Notes: a model not told the origin generated them from the sequence alone. 64,000 nucleotides of DNA from Octopus sinensis (GCF_006345805.1 NC_042998.1:59830001-59894000); one strand, 5' to 3'; counted from the first letter of the stretch, positions 28,293-42,979 are shown. A program made the numbers and translations.

Positions 28293-29222
28293 AATTATTC
28301 TTGCTTATTTTACATCTGTTGCTCCAAGCGAATTCCTTATTAAAAGAGTTTCTATTGTTTAAGCCTCTTCCATTGCAACACCCTCTGCCACTAAAACGCC
28401 TTACCTAACTTCCTGTTAAAGTTGTCCCTTTTGACTAACACCTCCATCTTTCTTGAATATTTCTTCTCTTTAACTGTTTAAATGGTTATACTGCAGATAT
28501 TTACTCACATTTCTGAAACAAAATATTTCCTCTAGACAATATATTTAAACATAACATATGAAGATATTGTTTTGACATAAAAAATCCGACTGATACAGAA
28601 TAAATATAATGAATCCTATTTAGAAATGTGTATAACTTAACTCTTTCACTAAATATTAGTGTCACCCTCTGTTTTACTTCAACACTGCATAACAGTCTGA
28701 TTATTCTCATCCCAGGCGGAGATGCGGGTCGGAAGTCATCGGAATGAACAGTGTTAAGTTTTGAACTTTCCAATTACCAAAATAAAATATAAGAAGCATG
28801 AAAGATTTGTTTATTAATGAAAGATACTAGATATCTAAACATTGTCATATTTAAGGTAACCTTAACATATTTTTACTATAGCAGTTAAATAAATATTTAA
28901 ATAACTACACTAATGACTAATATTTTTCTGAAGCATGTAATTATGAAAACTGTTTTATGCTTATTTTAACTCTTAGCAGCAAACAGAATAGTTTAATGTA
29001 AACTTTAAGAAATTTTAACCCTTAAAATAGCATAAAATTTACGAATACAAACATAAAACTCATTAACAGCCATAACCAAATGAATCAGTTATTTTACATC
29101 TCCATTCTTCTCTGCTCTTATCTTTCCCGCTTTACTTTACGTTTCACTCACTGCCTTACCATCATTAAAGCCTATTGTCTTCTAAAGATTCTACGATCTA
29201 TCATGCTCCTGCAAAATTCGTA

Positions 29223-30460
29223 CAGTGTGAGATAAGAGAAGGCAGATATCTTTTTAAAACTTCACAAAATCATTAATTTTAGCTGCAAACAAATTTTGAC
29301 ATCGATATATGTGTATTCAATTAACATTTATCAAAATTAAGTGTGGTAAACAACATCCATCATGTATGTCTGTTTCCATTGATACATTTCTAAAGGAATT
29401 CTTGGAAGTTGCCCTCCAATTTCTCCAGCATTGCTCTGTCGATTTGGGTGACTTCCACGTGAATAGTTTCCTTCAAATCGCCCAATGTACAGGGCTTATA
29501 GATACGTGATTTGAGCTTTCTCCAGAAAAAATAATCACACATGGACAAACCAGGGGACCGACGGGGCTAAGGAATGTCAGCAAAGCTGTACACAATGCGG
29601 TCATCGGAGAAAAAGCTAAGAAAATCCATTGATGCTCTAGCTGTGTGTCCCGCCCATCCTGCTGAAACCGCACGTGCCGAATATACATACGTTTTCGTCG
29701 CAATTCAAGCACAAACAAGTTGTTTATAATCTCGATGTACCGTTCAGAGTTCACAGTAATAGCATTTCCATTATTGTCTTCAAAAAGGTAAGGACCAATG
29801 ACGCCAATAACGGCAGCTTTTCTAACAGCACACCAGACCGTCCCTTTTGGGCTGTGCTGTGGTCTTTCGTGCAGTTCTCTCGGATTTTCAAGATCCCAAT
29901 AACGACAGTTCTGTTGATTAACCATGGCTGTGAGATGAAAAAGAGCATCATCACTCATTAACAAAATGAGGTTGTCATTTGCCACAAAAATTGCTTCCAT
30001 CTAATGTGCGAAGTTAAGCCTTTGTGCATAGTCCCATGGTGTCAACTGTTGCCCAATGACCAATTTTTACACGTGGAAATGCAGATTTTCATGCAAAATG
30101 CGCCTTACCGTTCGATTACAGATCCCAAGTTCAGTGGAATGCCTCCGAGTAGAGCCATTCGGACCCCGTATCAAAGCTTGTCTGGCGTGTTCCACATGAA
30201 TAGGAGACTAGTGGGGGCGCCCCCACCGGCCTCCTATTCATTAGTATACCTCGTGTACGAAGTGCGTTCACCCAACGTAAGATTGTGTTACGTGTGGGAA
30301 CAGCCTGATTTCGGTGAATATTGAAGTGGCGCCGAAACTCTCGCTGAACTGCTGTGACACAATCGTTATTCTTCACGTAACTGTCGTAGGCAAACACCCG
30401 ATGCTCTATCATCCACAGCACTATGGCTTCACCTGAAAAGAACAAAACCTTTTGAGACAC
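29223..30460 (-). mobile_element. Degraded Tc1/mariner element, DD41D (rosa/VS-like) with DUF4817-type HTH
   Basis: EHRVFAYDSYVKN..VQREFRRHF, MSDDALFHL..VNQQNCRYW..GPYLFED, QQDG..RSP.L..CD. Spacing is about 41 after repairing a frameshift. TA|CAGTGTGAG at the left end; right end uncertain. Confidence 0.8.
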
Positions 30461-30779
30461 CATGGACCGATTGGAACCTGTCGGACATATATCCCTCACC
30501 CTGGAGCTGAGTAACAGCTATTTCAAAAATGTCTGTCCTCTCTGCTCTATCCTGTACTTGCTTTTCTTCTGCTAGCTCGGAGATATTAGTAAGACGGAAA
30601 ACATAATCACTTTTCATATTAGTCATAGATGTTCCCATCAAAACAGAAGTCCACCCATGCAAATTTTATTTATGAAGTTTATGCGTTTGTAAAATATCCG
30701 TTTTATGTAGTGGTGTCCAGAAATATTAATTATATTTTGGAGGGAAACTTTAGGATTTTTTCCTCCGTTTTCCTATTTG

Positions 30780-31020
30780 TATGCAGAACATGTACGACCC
30801 CATATGTAATAATGTACCTCCTTGGAAGCATGTCATAACCATTTACAGGCGAATATAACGTCAAATCTTACAAATATCTCGCGTTTTCTTCAAGTATTTA
30901 AGATGGAACAAACACTTAACGACACGATCATCAACCAAATACTGGCAGGACATCAGCCTTCACCCAAAAATAAGAAAATATATCAAGATTTAATGAAGAA
31001 AAATGTAATTGTCCGTCGGA
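30780..31020 (+). mobile_element. Mutator-like (MULE) transposase C-terminal relic
   Basis: LEACHNHLQANI..NISRFLQVFKMEQ..QILAG..P.PK.KK.YQ resembles the MULE EGWH..NIWKFI..LKxEQ pattern. Confidence 0.6.
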
Positions 31021-31154
31021 CACTTGTCTGTTGGGCTCATGTCAGTGGGGTAGTTGTCCGGATACCGCGTTTGTATACGTATCAATGTATGACCAAATGT
31101 GTCTTCATATTACATACGCACATTCTGCCAGTCAATATTAGAACAAAGGTAAGG

Positions 31155-31363
31155 CACCAGCTGGCAGAAACGTTAGCCCGACAGTGATAATGCTTAAGGG
31201 CATCTCGTCCAGCTTGACAATCTGAGTTCAAATTCCACCGAGGTCGAATACGCCTTTCATAATTTCGGGTTCGATAAAATAAGTACCAGTTGATCACTCG
31301 GGTCAACGTAATCAACTTACCGCCTCCCACAGATTGCTGACTTTGTGCCAAAATTTGAAACCA
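31155..31363 (+). mobile_element. tRNA-derived SINE
   Basis: Homologous to 12044-12270, with the tail gtgccaaaatttgaaacca. Confidence 0.8.
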
Positions 31364-31994
31364 GAATATACGTACACAAGCATATGAATAGTATTTATAA
31401 GTGTGTGTGAGTGTGTGTGTGTCCGTACGGAGGTGTGCTGAATACTCTGCGACTTTGTATGTATGTATGTATGTATGTATTTATGTAAGACAGAGTCGCT
31501 CAGAGAGGCAGATATAAATTTATCCAGTTACATTTTTTCCTCAGTGTAACACAATTTAGTTTGCATAGAATCGAGCAAAAATCCAAATGTATTAATATAT
31601 AAAAATCACTCTCGATATATACCACTCTTCGATACAGAATGAAGTTCGTATCTATTTCCTCAGTTGCACTTTCGAAAGATATAATACTTACTATTTAGTA
31701 TCTCATCGAAAGAAAAATATCTACACTTTCCCTATCACTCAAGTAGAAATACATTTTAACGTTACATATGTAAGAGAAACGTTGAACATACGCTTGTTTG
31801 AAAAACATTAGAAATGGATTATCCAACTTTTCAATGTGCTCTGAAATTTATGAATAAATACTAAGTATAATATAAATTGAGCAGATTAGCTACAACACCT
31901 TCTTGCAGAATCGCATTTATATAACTGATTGTTACATTTCTCCAATAAGTAATTAAAAATATTGCTCTGGTTCATGAACTTAATTAAGCTTAAT

Positions 31995-32065
31995 AAACAC
32001 ACACATACATACACACACACGCATATACATACATATACATACACACACACGCACACACACACACA

Positions 32066-32145
<80 letters not shown>

Positions 32146-32185
32146 ATATAGTATGATATTTGCATAGATAGTCATACAGATGTAC

Positions 32186-32270
<85 letters not shown>
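31995..32270. repeat. Compound (CA)n/(TA)n microsatellite
   Basis: Seen directly. Confidence 0.97.
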
Positions 32271-32274
<4 letters not shown>

Positions 32275-32284
32275 TTCCTTCTAT

Positions 32285-32418
32285 CAAACCCAATCACAAG
32301 GCTCTGGTCGGTCCGAATTTAGAGTAGAATACGTTTCCCAACATCCCATGCAGTAAGACTGAAACCGGGTCCATATAGTTGCAAGCAACTATCTTGCCAT
32401 ACAGCCACGCCTGCGCCC
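32285..32418 (-). mobile_element. SINE head fragment
   Basis: ggcgcaggcgtggctgtatgg head. Confidence 0.7.
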
Positions 32419-32435
32419 ATAATCTCTCTCTCACA

Positions 32436-32475
<40 letters not shown>

Positions 32476-32502
32476 GTATATATATATAAACATATATACA
32501 TT

Positions 32503-32543
<41 letters not shown>

Positions 32544-32984
32544 TCCGTCATTCCTTTATAACGTTTTTCTAGTCTTCCATGTTTACTGATTGGTCTTTCC
32601 TCTACGATTCTTTTATCTTTGTGTCTCCAAGTATTATCACTGGTTTAAGGGAATATTTAAAAGACGTCGGGTTTTAAGTGAAAGATCGGAGATAGACTGG
32701 GAAATACTTTTCAATGTTTTTCCTCTTTGTTCTAAAGTTCTTAACCATCATTTTGTTTCGGTTGTTTGAATTCCAATCGTTAAATTCAATGGCTATTTTC
32801 CTTTCATAAATATCTCTTATATATCTTTTATTGTATAACAACAGAAGATCTTAGTGATCTCATTTCAGTCTGTTGATGTTCATTAAAATTCTATATCGGC
32901 AATGGAAAGATTTCAAAGCTAAGTATCCAGTTAATAATCAAGAGTATTTGTACTATTTACCATTATGTCAAAACGAAGGTAGCG

Positions 32985-33190
32985 AGCCAGTAGAAGCGTT
33001 AACACGCCTGGTAAAATGCTTAGCGGCATTTTTCCGTCCTTACCTTCTGAAATGAAATTCCACCGAGGTCGACTTTGCCTTTCATCTTTTTGAGGGTGAT
33101 AAAATAAGCACCAGTTGTCCACTGGGGTAGATGTAATTGACTTATCTCCTTCTTCTAAACTGCCTGCCATGTCCCAAAATTGAAACCATT
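32985..33190 (+). mobile_element. tRNA-derived SINE
   Basis: gaggtcgactttgcctttcatc family core. Confidence 0.75.
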
Positions 33191-34061
33191 ATTCTGTTTA
33201 AACGTAAAACAAGATTAAAGAACAGTTAGCACACCTGACAGAATACTTAGCGGCATTTCGTCTGTTCCAAGATCGACTTTCAGGATTTCATAGTCGATAA
33301 AATAAATACCAATCATAAACCAGCGTCGACGCACTTGACTCGATATCGGACTAAAACAGCTGGTCCTTGGCCTAAAAGAATTTTTATAACATAACTCGTT
33401 TGTTTTGTTTTCTGGTGTGACTTGTTACGTTTCCGATCCATTCAACAGGGTATCTGTTAAATTATTTGAATGCCAGATACGGATATTTTATAAGGATTCA
33501 ATGCTATTAGCCAAATTCGTTTCAAAACATTATGTAGAACATTAGAATGAATATATTATGGAGGGTATAATGAATATTGAAGTTTTTATTCTGTGTCAGT
33601 AGGTTTAAAGTGTATAAAACTATCAATTTCCTATTTCTTTGTTTCGTCATTTTATCGGAAGAAAGCTAGGCCACAATATGTTTCGACCAATGGCCTTAAT
33701 TGAAGTAAAAAGGAAAAGAGTTCAGTGACAGATGCGTCCAATTGAGGGTTGTTTTAAGACCTAGTATTCATTATTCGAATTTCAAACCTCCGGGTCATCA
33801 TAAGATCATCCTGATAACCGTATCAGGTTTCTAAATGTTTCTCTAATTCTTTTCATTCAAACACTACCCTCCCCTACTAAATATAATACCACCTAAATCA
33901 ACATACATTTAGTTCACTTCAACTGTGCGCAACACCAATAAAGTTTCATAGAATCTTAATCAAATGATAAAACTGTATGCAACATAACAACCACAATGCA
34001 AAATATTCATACAGCAGAAACATATATCGGACTGATTTATATTACACATACTGTATACTTC

Positions 34062-34275
34062 GTGGAAGCGCGTGGCTTAGTGGTTAGGATTCCTGGACCG
34101 GGTGACGCGTTGTGTTCTTGAGTAAAACACTTCATTTCACGTTGCTCCAGTCCATCAGCTGGCAAAAATGAGTAACGCTGCGATGGACTGGCGTCCCGTC
34201 CAGATGGAGAACACATACGCCATTGATACCGGGAAACAGGGCCATTGAGCCTGGCTAGGTTTTAAAAGGGTGCAT
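34062..34275 (+). mobile_element. tRNA-derived SINE (second family)
   Basis: Homologous to 57965-58180 (gcgttgtgttcttgag..ttcacgttg..cagctggcaaaa). Confidence 0.75.
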
Positions 34276-34600
34276 TTATTTATTTATACTGTATACTTCA
34301 CTATAAAAAATGTGTAGATGCATTATTCTTCTTATTAATTAAATTAGTTTAAATATACAAACTGTAAACTATTAAAAATGTAATGAAGCAAAACCAGGAT
34401 TCACCTTTTGGATAAAATACACTGGGATACATTACCTCGAATAAGTATACATGCAAGAGATGGTATTAAAAGGTTCTCGGACTAGTTACCTTAAGTTACC
34501 TTTATCAAAAGAAGTTATCATTGTCGTTCAAGTGAATCTCCTGCGAATCAATATGAGATCCCTTGACAACAATGTTAACTTCTTTTGATTAAGGTATCTT

Positions 34601-34686
34601 TGGCCCGATGACTAGCTAGCAGATTAACCCTCGTTTGGATAATTACTTCTTCCGAGTGTCTGCTAGCTATGAAACATATGTAACCT
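34601..34686 (+). ncRNA. Type-I hammerhead motif, U4C core
   Basis: tggc-CCGATGA-(c)tagctagcaga..tctgctagcta(t)-GAAA-catatgt-A-acct; 11-bp perfect stem II, weak stem I. Confidence 0.7.
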
Positions 34687-34942
34687 GGATTTTAGCTGCT
34701 CTATTTCCTAATTTTTGACTTCTATTCGCATACACAGCAACCCCTGCTGCAAACCGTAAGATATAAGACAATGTTTGCTGCTTATCGAAATTCGATACGG
34801 GAAAACTTATAGCCTCCTACGTCAATAAACCATTATCGTTCTGGAAGTTGTTTTCCATACCTTCTACGGACTGTTCGAAGCTTACTATTTTCTTACACCT
34901 TGATCCTTGGACCATACCTTTATTTATATATGTATGTATATA

Positions 34943-34989
<47 letters not shown>

Positions 34990-35005
34990 TACAAGCAAAT
35001 ATACA

Positions 35006-35055
<50 letters not shown>

Positions 35056-35059
35056 CATG

Positions 35060-35990
35060 TATATATAATGATAATATTAGGGAGTATAACTCCAAACTTA
35101 CAGGGAAAAATTCAATTTAATATTAAATCGAATTTCAAAATATAAAAATATAAAATATAAATTAGAGATAAAACCACTATTATGCAACTCAAACAGTGAT
35201 AGACATAAGCCAAAACATAAATAACAGATAAAATATATTTTTATAAAACATATAACTAGATCTCAAGAAGTATAAAAATAAATAATCGATATATATTAAG
35301 TAAAAAATCTACGTACGTTTCATGGCTACAATTAAATTCGAATTACAATTAAATCTGAATTTAAATTAATACATTCAGTTTAAAATTATAGTCAATCTTC
35401 GGGTTAACAATACTATTTAAATAAGTAAGCAAATAGAGTTTAAAATATTATTTTAAAAATAAATAAATTAATAATTTTTCTTATAGAATAATCTCTATTA
35501 ACTAAATTTGAAACTTAAAACATTGGGATTATTTCCTACAACACATTTATTATGTTAAATATTTAATATTTAAAGTAAAAAAATAGAGTAAATAGATATG
35601 TATTTATCTGTGAAAATATAATTTACCTTAAAAAACATTAATAAACTATAAAATATCTTTATCTCAGTTATACTCAAATATTTAATTCTCAAATTATTTA
35701 ACAAATTAATCACTATTAAAATTTTTAGATTTTAGTTCGCATATAATAATTATAAAATAAAAAATACATTAAAATAAGTGTCTAAATTATAATCAACAAA
35801 TATAGTAATTAGAAATCTAAAGTTTTTTTTCTATCAGTAAGCGTATAAACATATAACCTAAAATAAATTAGTCCATTATTACTTACATAAATATTATAGA
35901 TATCTATAGAAATAGATAAATAAATTTTATTTATGAAATACAATTTAAGAATTGAAAAATTCAAATTAAAAACTTGTATATATATATGCA
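35060..35990 (-). mobile_element. AT-rich non-autonomous PLE-derived element with hammerhead relic
   Basis: Terminus (attaggg..ttacagggaaaa..attagaga.aaaaccacta) is homologous to 57600-57700. HHR motif CCGAAGA..GAAA-cgtacgt-A at 35306-35406; abuts (TA)n. Confidence 0.65.
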
Positions 35991-37970
35991 TGTATGTGCA
36001 TATCTACATATTTTCATATTTCCGGCAAAGGAAAATATTTATTACTAGTAAAATTAGTAACCTTACTCTTTTTGACATGAGATTACACGCTTGATATGTA
36101 ATATATTTCTTTCATTTCTATTATATATATGCATACGCACATACATCCATTAACACACGTATTGAGGTTACTATGTGGACGTTTTATGAATATCCTCGAC
36201 CGTTGGCAACGACTACAATATCTCAAACCGTGAAGTAGAGATTTATAAAACAATATTTCGACGTACGAAAGCATGTGGTAACACATACTCTCGCATACCT
36301 GGTGTCCGGATCCTAGTCCTCACAATGCTTCGTTTGTTTTAGACAGAAACAATTCTTTACTCCTCTATGCCACTATTTTCGTAGAATGTACGATTTAATT
36401 GATTGACAAGATGTAACATTACTTTACGTGGATTATCTTTTGATAATAGTTGGTGCAGCAACCAAAAAGGAATACATGATATTCAACACTAATGGAAAAA
36501 TAAAATCATATTCATACCAAATCAATATAGAGATTTCAGGAATGAGTAGTTGTTATTTCGAAATAAAGTGAGACATCAAAAATGAACCACTTTCGAGAAT
36601 TGGGTTTCAGAAGATTGATTCTACTGATGGCCAATAGAATAGAAATAATATTAGATAGGAAGAAAAGTGAACATATAGCTTTCAGACTTTCAGCTGCATG
36701 TCTATTTCTAGTTGATAATGTCCTCTATAGAGTATACAATCTCATGATTCAAATTCAGTTCCTTTCCGTTGCTCCCAGGAAAATAACATTGTGCAAGCTG
36801 TAATTTTGCATTAATTTGTTGCTCTTAACGTATATCATATACTAATATAGAATGATGAGGATTGATTAAATATATGGAAGGAAGCAAATGAGCACATGAT
36901 GGGATAAAATAGGGCAAAATTGGCGAGATTAGGAGAAACGGTGATGGAGAAAGAAACGTTAAGTAGCTATGTGACGTAAAAAAAAGTATATAACTGATCA
37001 TATGTACAAGATTATGCGTACAAATGATCGTAAACGATTGTACATAGAATATCATACATATAAATGATCATAGATACAAAGAATCATGATAAGTGTAGAA
37101 GTATAGAGAAAGAGAAAAGTGACTGGTCGGAAATATTGAGATAAATAAATACAAATTGGTGCTAATTTACCAACACCTATTGTAATGATTTAGCATTACT
37201 CTCACCTCCTCTTAACACCAAGTAACTTGAAATCCTGTTCAGATAACCAGTAAGGTGGACGATAACGATGTCGAATTCCCCCAGGGTAGGACCTGGTTTG
37301 TCATTTCATAGTAGTAAAATAACGCTATATGAAACCAGAGTCAGGCAATCTCCGGGTGTAACATGCAATCAATTTCAAGTTATGGGGAGATAATTTAAAA
37401 TAGAAGAAACTTGAAGTCCTTGCACCGGTTTAACATCAATAACTGGCTCTAGCAGAATTCACTCTGCTACAAACATTCATGCAAAGCTGAAGGTAACATC
37501 TTCCCTTCCTAATTCTAGTCTCAGAGTTCCTGTAATGCATTATGTCCTCTGCCGTTCTATCTCGAAGTCATTAAGTTAAAATATGTCGGGTTGGAAGAAA
37601 AAAAAAAGAATGAATGAAATAATAATAGGGAACGTGAGCGCGAAATACCACATGTTTCAGCATGAAAACAATTATATTACGGTATTCAATGATAACAAAC
37701 AATAATGACATATTCCTTCATTAGACATGCGATATTATTTGATAGTATTCGATCAAATTTCAAGACATGCTGAATGTTAAATATCATACCTAATCTTACA
37801 TTTGAAGACCTGTAAATGGATTTTAATATATAACGTTGACAGTTTTAAATATAAAACGACACATAACATTCACTACAAAATGATATTAAGTTTCCAAACG
37901 CACAGACACAGACACACAGACACACACAAACACATGCGCGCACACACGCCCATTCACCTCACACATACAG

Positions 37971-38016
<46 letters not shown>

Positions 38017-38479
38017 TATGTATGTGTATTCATATATATATATATTATGTATGTGTATTTATATATATATGTATGTATGTATGTATGTATTAATGACATA
38101 TTGCATTGTCAACTAAGTTATTGTCCAAAATATGCGTTTAAGCATTATGCTTTAAAATTTTGTTTTCTCTGAATACGATAGAGTAGGAATAAACAAAGAT
38201 TAGAAAGATAAGGAGATGAAAAATTGTTTTTAGAATGATATATTGAGAAATAAATTTTAAGGAAAAATAGAAAAATATATTTTTGTACATTCATATTTTT
38301 CTAATTTGGAAAATGGAAGTTTATAATGAAAACTATGGAAATTCAATTCTGTAAATGGGGAATAAATCTAAAAGTCGAACGTTTAATATAGAACATTATA
38401 AACCAGTCTTGCCTCTTAGGTTGTATATGTTATTAAAATATTGATATCTGAGCTGTAGAATATCTGAACGGTTAAGATT

Positions 38480-39000
38480 TCGATTACCTGGCTATACAGT
38501 ATGTCTCACTCTAGGTGATTTGTTCTATCTATGACGATATCTTTATATCTACATGTCTCAGTATGAATCATGTGAATTGTGACAGTGCTAGGCAATATTA
38601 CGGAAAGCTAAGAAAAGAAAATAACAAGTCCGTTCTTTTAGTGTAGCTACGCTAAAATATCTAACGTGTAATTCATCATGCTTCAAGAAATAATACGTCT
38701 AGTACTTAATTGTTCTCTGTAAACAATTAACTTTATATATAAGCACAGAAGCCTTAATGACAAGTTCCTACAAAGAAGTTATTCCCACTCATTAGTAGAT
38801 ACTGTAAAGCAACGGACTTTCCATTTTGCAAGTGTAATTTACCATGACTGAAGTAGAAAAACATACACTTACTATGGCTGTAAAGAATCGTTTACCTTAT
38901 ATAAAAACAGAGAATCCTTAATGAGCAATTCCTACAAATTGTACGTTCTCAATCATTAGCAGACATCGTCAAGCAAAACCAGTTCCATTTTGCAAGTGAT
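38480..39000 (+). mobile_element. Possible heavily degraded PLE RT thumb relic with internal duplication
   Basis: YDDIFI (RYIDDIF-like) and PFSVAT..LNDKFLQRSYSHSLVD. About 90 bp repeated at 38753 and 38917. Confidence 0.4.
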
Positions 39001-39898
39001 TGTATTGTACATCCCAAACAAACAACATAGCAGAATATCAACATGCTGGTTCCCACCTAATGAGAAGAGAAAGAAAGATCACGCGAGATCCGATGTACGA
39101 CTTGAAAGCTCCATCTTACTGACACACGTATTATGTAAACAGCAATGTATAAATCTACACCCTATTCTGTGGTGTTGCTGTAGTTACAGTAGTTAATCGG
39201 ACTTCATCGCGACCTTTTTTATGGGGAAGTCATTCAGCCATTTCCAACTTGGTAAATAAAATATTAAACCTTCAGTTAAAGCATACAGATCACCACCAGA
39301 TGTTCAGAACACCATCAATCTGGTCACTTTTGCTGGTAATACATTAAGAACAATGTAATTACAGGTGTTTATCTTGCTTATTCTAACATTTAAGAATATA
39401 TATCTATAACAATACCGTTCTCAACATAAAAAGCAATAAATTGCAATATTGAGTCAACACTAACATTTTTATCGTTAATATGTTGAAATAGTCAGCCAGC
39501 TTAAAGAACTCATCGCCTACAGACTTTCATAAGAGCAAACAGCTGGTTTTTTTTGGGTTTTTGTTTTTTGAGGAGCAATTCAGAAATGATAAATAGATGC
39601 CTAAGTTATATCGCAATATTTTCTCTCACATCCTGCATAGCAATTAATTCGATATAGTTGAGAAAGTCAGACATTGGAAAAGCAGTGTAATATATTGCTG
39701 ACGGTTTCTTTTGATGTTCCCTACATACCGTGGAAGCGAAGTTTTAAATATTCGGAAAGCAGACTTTGCTTGAAAAATGGATGACAAAATTATTCAATCA
39801 GTCATGAATCTGAGATGTGTAAACATGGAAACGAGTGGACCAGTCATATTTCTGTGATGATCAAATAATTAGAATTTTTCAAATGCATTTTAGCAGTT

Positions 39899-39956
<58 letters not shown>

Positions 39957-40113
39957 TACATATTCATATCCATGTGTGTGTGCGTGTGTGTGTGTAAGTG
40001 TGTACATGTGTGTTTATATATTTATATATTTTCCGCAAATATATACGTATATATATTTGTATGCACACACACACACACACGCGCGCGCGCACACATACAC
40101 ACACACATTATAT

Positions 40114-40148
<35 letters not shown>

Positions 40149-40149
40149 T

Positions 40150-40830
40150 AGAAATATAAGAATATATGAGCAAAAGTACTCAAGATTCAGTATACACCAC
40201 GTAGCAAGATTATGAGTTGAAAATATGTGGTAACCATATATAAAAAGTGAAAGAGAAATGCTTTCGTTTCACATAGTTTAATATCTTTTTATAAAGACAT
40301 TAAAGAAAAACATATACATATTTTATAGATGTCGTGAAATCAAACTGGTTTTCGCTAATTAAATTAGCTTTTCAAGGGACATTGTGAAGTAATCAATTCT
40401 TGTAACAAAGGGGTCTTACCATTTTGGGTGCTTGAAAAATAATAATGAGTCTAGAGAGTGGACCAAGGGATGCAACAGGTGGCAAAGAGGATAACTAACT
40501 CCTTAGTATAATTTTTGAAGTGGTCTAGTCTGTATATTAAGGTGTGGTCTGTACTTTTGTATGAACAGGTTTTCCTTGTTTAGGCGTTCTTGAAAGGAGA
40601 TTGAATCTTTGCATTGGTATAATGGAAAGATTTAGAAATTCGGCGTCTTATTTCTTGCGCATTTGTTGATATCTTCCCTCATGACCATCTGCATGTATTG
40701 AGAAAAACAAATCTATTCTTTATGCAATGTGATTCTGCGTCTCAAAGTAAGTTTCGTTTGGCCCACATAATTCTGGCCACAATCTAAGGACATAGATAAG
40801 GTTCTGGGAAGCACATGTATATATACCAGT
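40150..40830 (-). mobile_element. Neptune-like PLE 3' fragment (GIY-YIG C-terminus plus terminal tail)
   Basis: CASQNLIYVL..QNYVGQTKLTLRRRITLH..INKCA..IFPLYQC..ERLNKENLFI..PHLN, followed by the UUGAAAA hammerhead motif at 40341-40380. Confidence 0.8.
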
Positions 40831-42349
40831 GTATATACAAATATAAAGAGAGATAGAGATACATAAATATATAGATTCATGCATATATCCATATATGAGT
40901 CTTAAACCTACAGGTAGTAACATGACTTAACGTATAGTGATTGCTATCCCTTTTTACATGTGTGTATGTGTAAATATGTGTGCATGAGAGCATTTGAGAG
41001 TGAGTGTATGTGTGTATGTGTGCGTGTGTGCCTGTGTGTGTGTGAGTATGCGTGTGTCTGAGCGTGTTTCTCATACATTTATGGGTGCTCTTTTGCTTCA
41101 ACTTTAGTTTTGGCTGGTTCAAAAAGTTTTTTAAATTCTTGTTACTAATTTTTTTTTATTGCAACAGCAAAATTCCGCAACATGTGACCTTTACTATTTC
41201 TAAATGGTAACGCATGAAAATTAAAAATGCCTGTGTTTTTAGCACCAAAGAAAACCTTCTAAAATGTTTGTACGATGATAAACAATTTTGTACGTCACCG
41301 TACATGTTGATTCGATATCAATTAGAAATTATGCTATAATTTATCGCAATTTTCTATTTCATTATTGGTATGTTTTTTTTTCAAGCTTCGATATCTAATG
41401 CCGAAATTAAATATTTTGAAAAAAATATTTATAGAAAATCTACACAAAATAATTCAAAACGTTTGGTTTAATTTGACAGTTTAAAGGGAAAAAATCAAAG
41501 CCAGCAATATCAAAATATGAGTGTTTTAAGAGTTTGGGGCTGTCTCACGAAGATGAAACAAATTGGAAGTATGGCTTGATTGTTTACTTCTTTCACATTA
41601 TTTAGGTTAGGAAGAGCTTACTTCCTCCAATTTTGTTAAAAGGTAGGTGAATGTTGTAAGAATGACCCGAGTGAACGGGCCTGCTCCAAATAAGCGCATG
41701 TAAGTACAAAAAGAACAATGTGGAGAAAGTACGTACACAAGTAGTGAGGGCAACCGTGGTTATGTGACGTCTCTACGAGAAGCCCAGGAAAGTCTTCCTA
41801 TGTTGAGGAATGTTTCACTGTTCAAATAATTTATTTTATTATCCTCCTCACAGTTTGCTTGGTTTTCATGTAACCCCTCATTGTATTGTCCTATTCTCTC
41901 CCCCAATATTTTTGTGGTGAATAAGGAAAATGTTATTATTGAGTGAGAGAGCAGCGCGTGCCATCCAAGTGACACTGGTGTACAAATATACGAAGTCCAG
42001 TATACCCATCATAACTACCCGTCTGATAAGGATACACCAGACACGTGAATTAGAAAAATCGGAATAGTTAAATTTATACTCGTCGGTAGGTGGGATAAAA
42101 ACTGAAAAAAGAGGTTAGAAGTACATAGACTTTCTCTTAGTAATCATATTGTAATAATGTGTTCAATCCATTTTATCATCCAATCTCCTCATTACATAAA
42201 TATGAATGAATTTGTTGAACCATGTTTAATAAATTAAATCATATACTGATTATATATATATTCTTTATACTATTAAGGATTAAATTAATTTTATTGATTT
42301 TATCACGTAACCAGCGTGTAATAAGAAGCCCATAGGTAATTACAGCATA

Positions 42350-42735
42350 CTGTATTCTTAATTATACACGCAAGTACATCCAAGGGACCAGAAAACCTCT
42401 CCATACGCTAGACATAGCCGCCAAAAAGCTCAACATTGGCCTCCGATACAGAAATTTACTGGAAAATTTTATTTATTATTTTTCATTTGCCCGTTTATAA
42501 CCTGTGCTATGGAAGATATAAGGTGGCTTTTAGTTCCTTTTGGCGTCTATGTCTAGCATTTATAGAGGCCCGCCGATCACTTTGATACAACTATGTATAT
42601 AACTATAAATATAGTATATAGTTAATTGTGTATTGGGCCAATTTCGAGCTATTTGGCGCCTATGTCTAGCGTGTGGAGAGGTTTTCAGATCCCTTTGATG
42701 TAGTTGTGTGTGTAATTATAAATATAGTATATAAA
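42350..42735. repeat. MITE-like inverted repeat (about 100-bp arms) with an internal direct duplication
   Basis: 42350-42450 is the reverse complement of 42622-42725; 42538-42620 repeats at 42653-42735. Confidence 0.7.
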
Positions 42736-42818
42736 AATTATAAGCTGGCCACTTGATGAAATCATAAAAGTGCTTTTATCCATAATTCTATAAAGAATAT
42801 ATAATATATTTATATATA

Positions 42819-42876
<58 letters not shown>

Positions 42877-42925
42877 GTGTGTGTGTATGTATGTATGTAT
42901 ATATATATATATATAATATATATAT

Positions 42926-42961
<36 letters not shown>

Positions 42962-42979
42962 AGTGTGTGTGTATGTATG

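Noticed and set aside
40735-40790. ggcc..ggcc..GAAAC hairpin resembling an HHR
   Set aside because: It is the YVGQTK coding segment of the GIY-YIG and has no core.
41648-41920. Possible ATG exon with GTAAGT donor and a downstream acceptor
   Set aside because: The spliced product is a short peptide with no recognisable features; chance splice motifs are common in AT-rich DNA.
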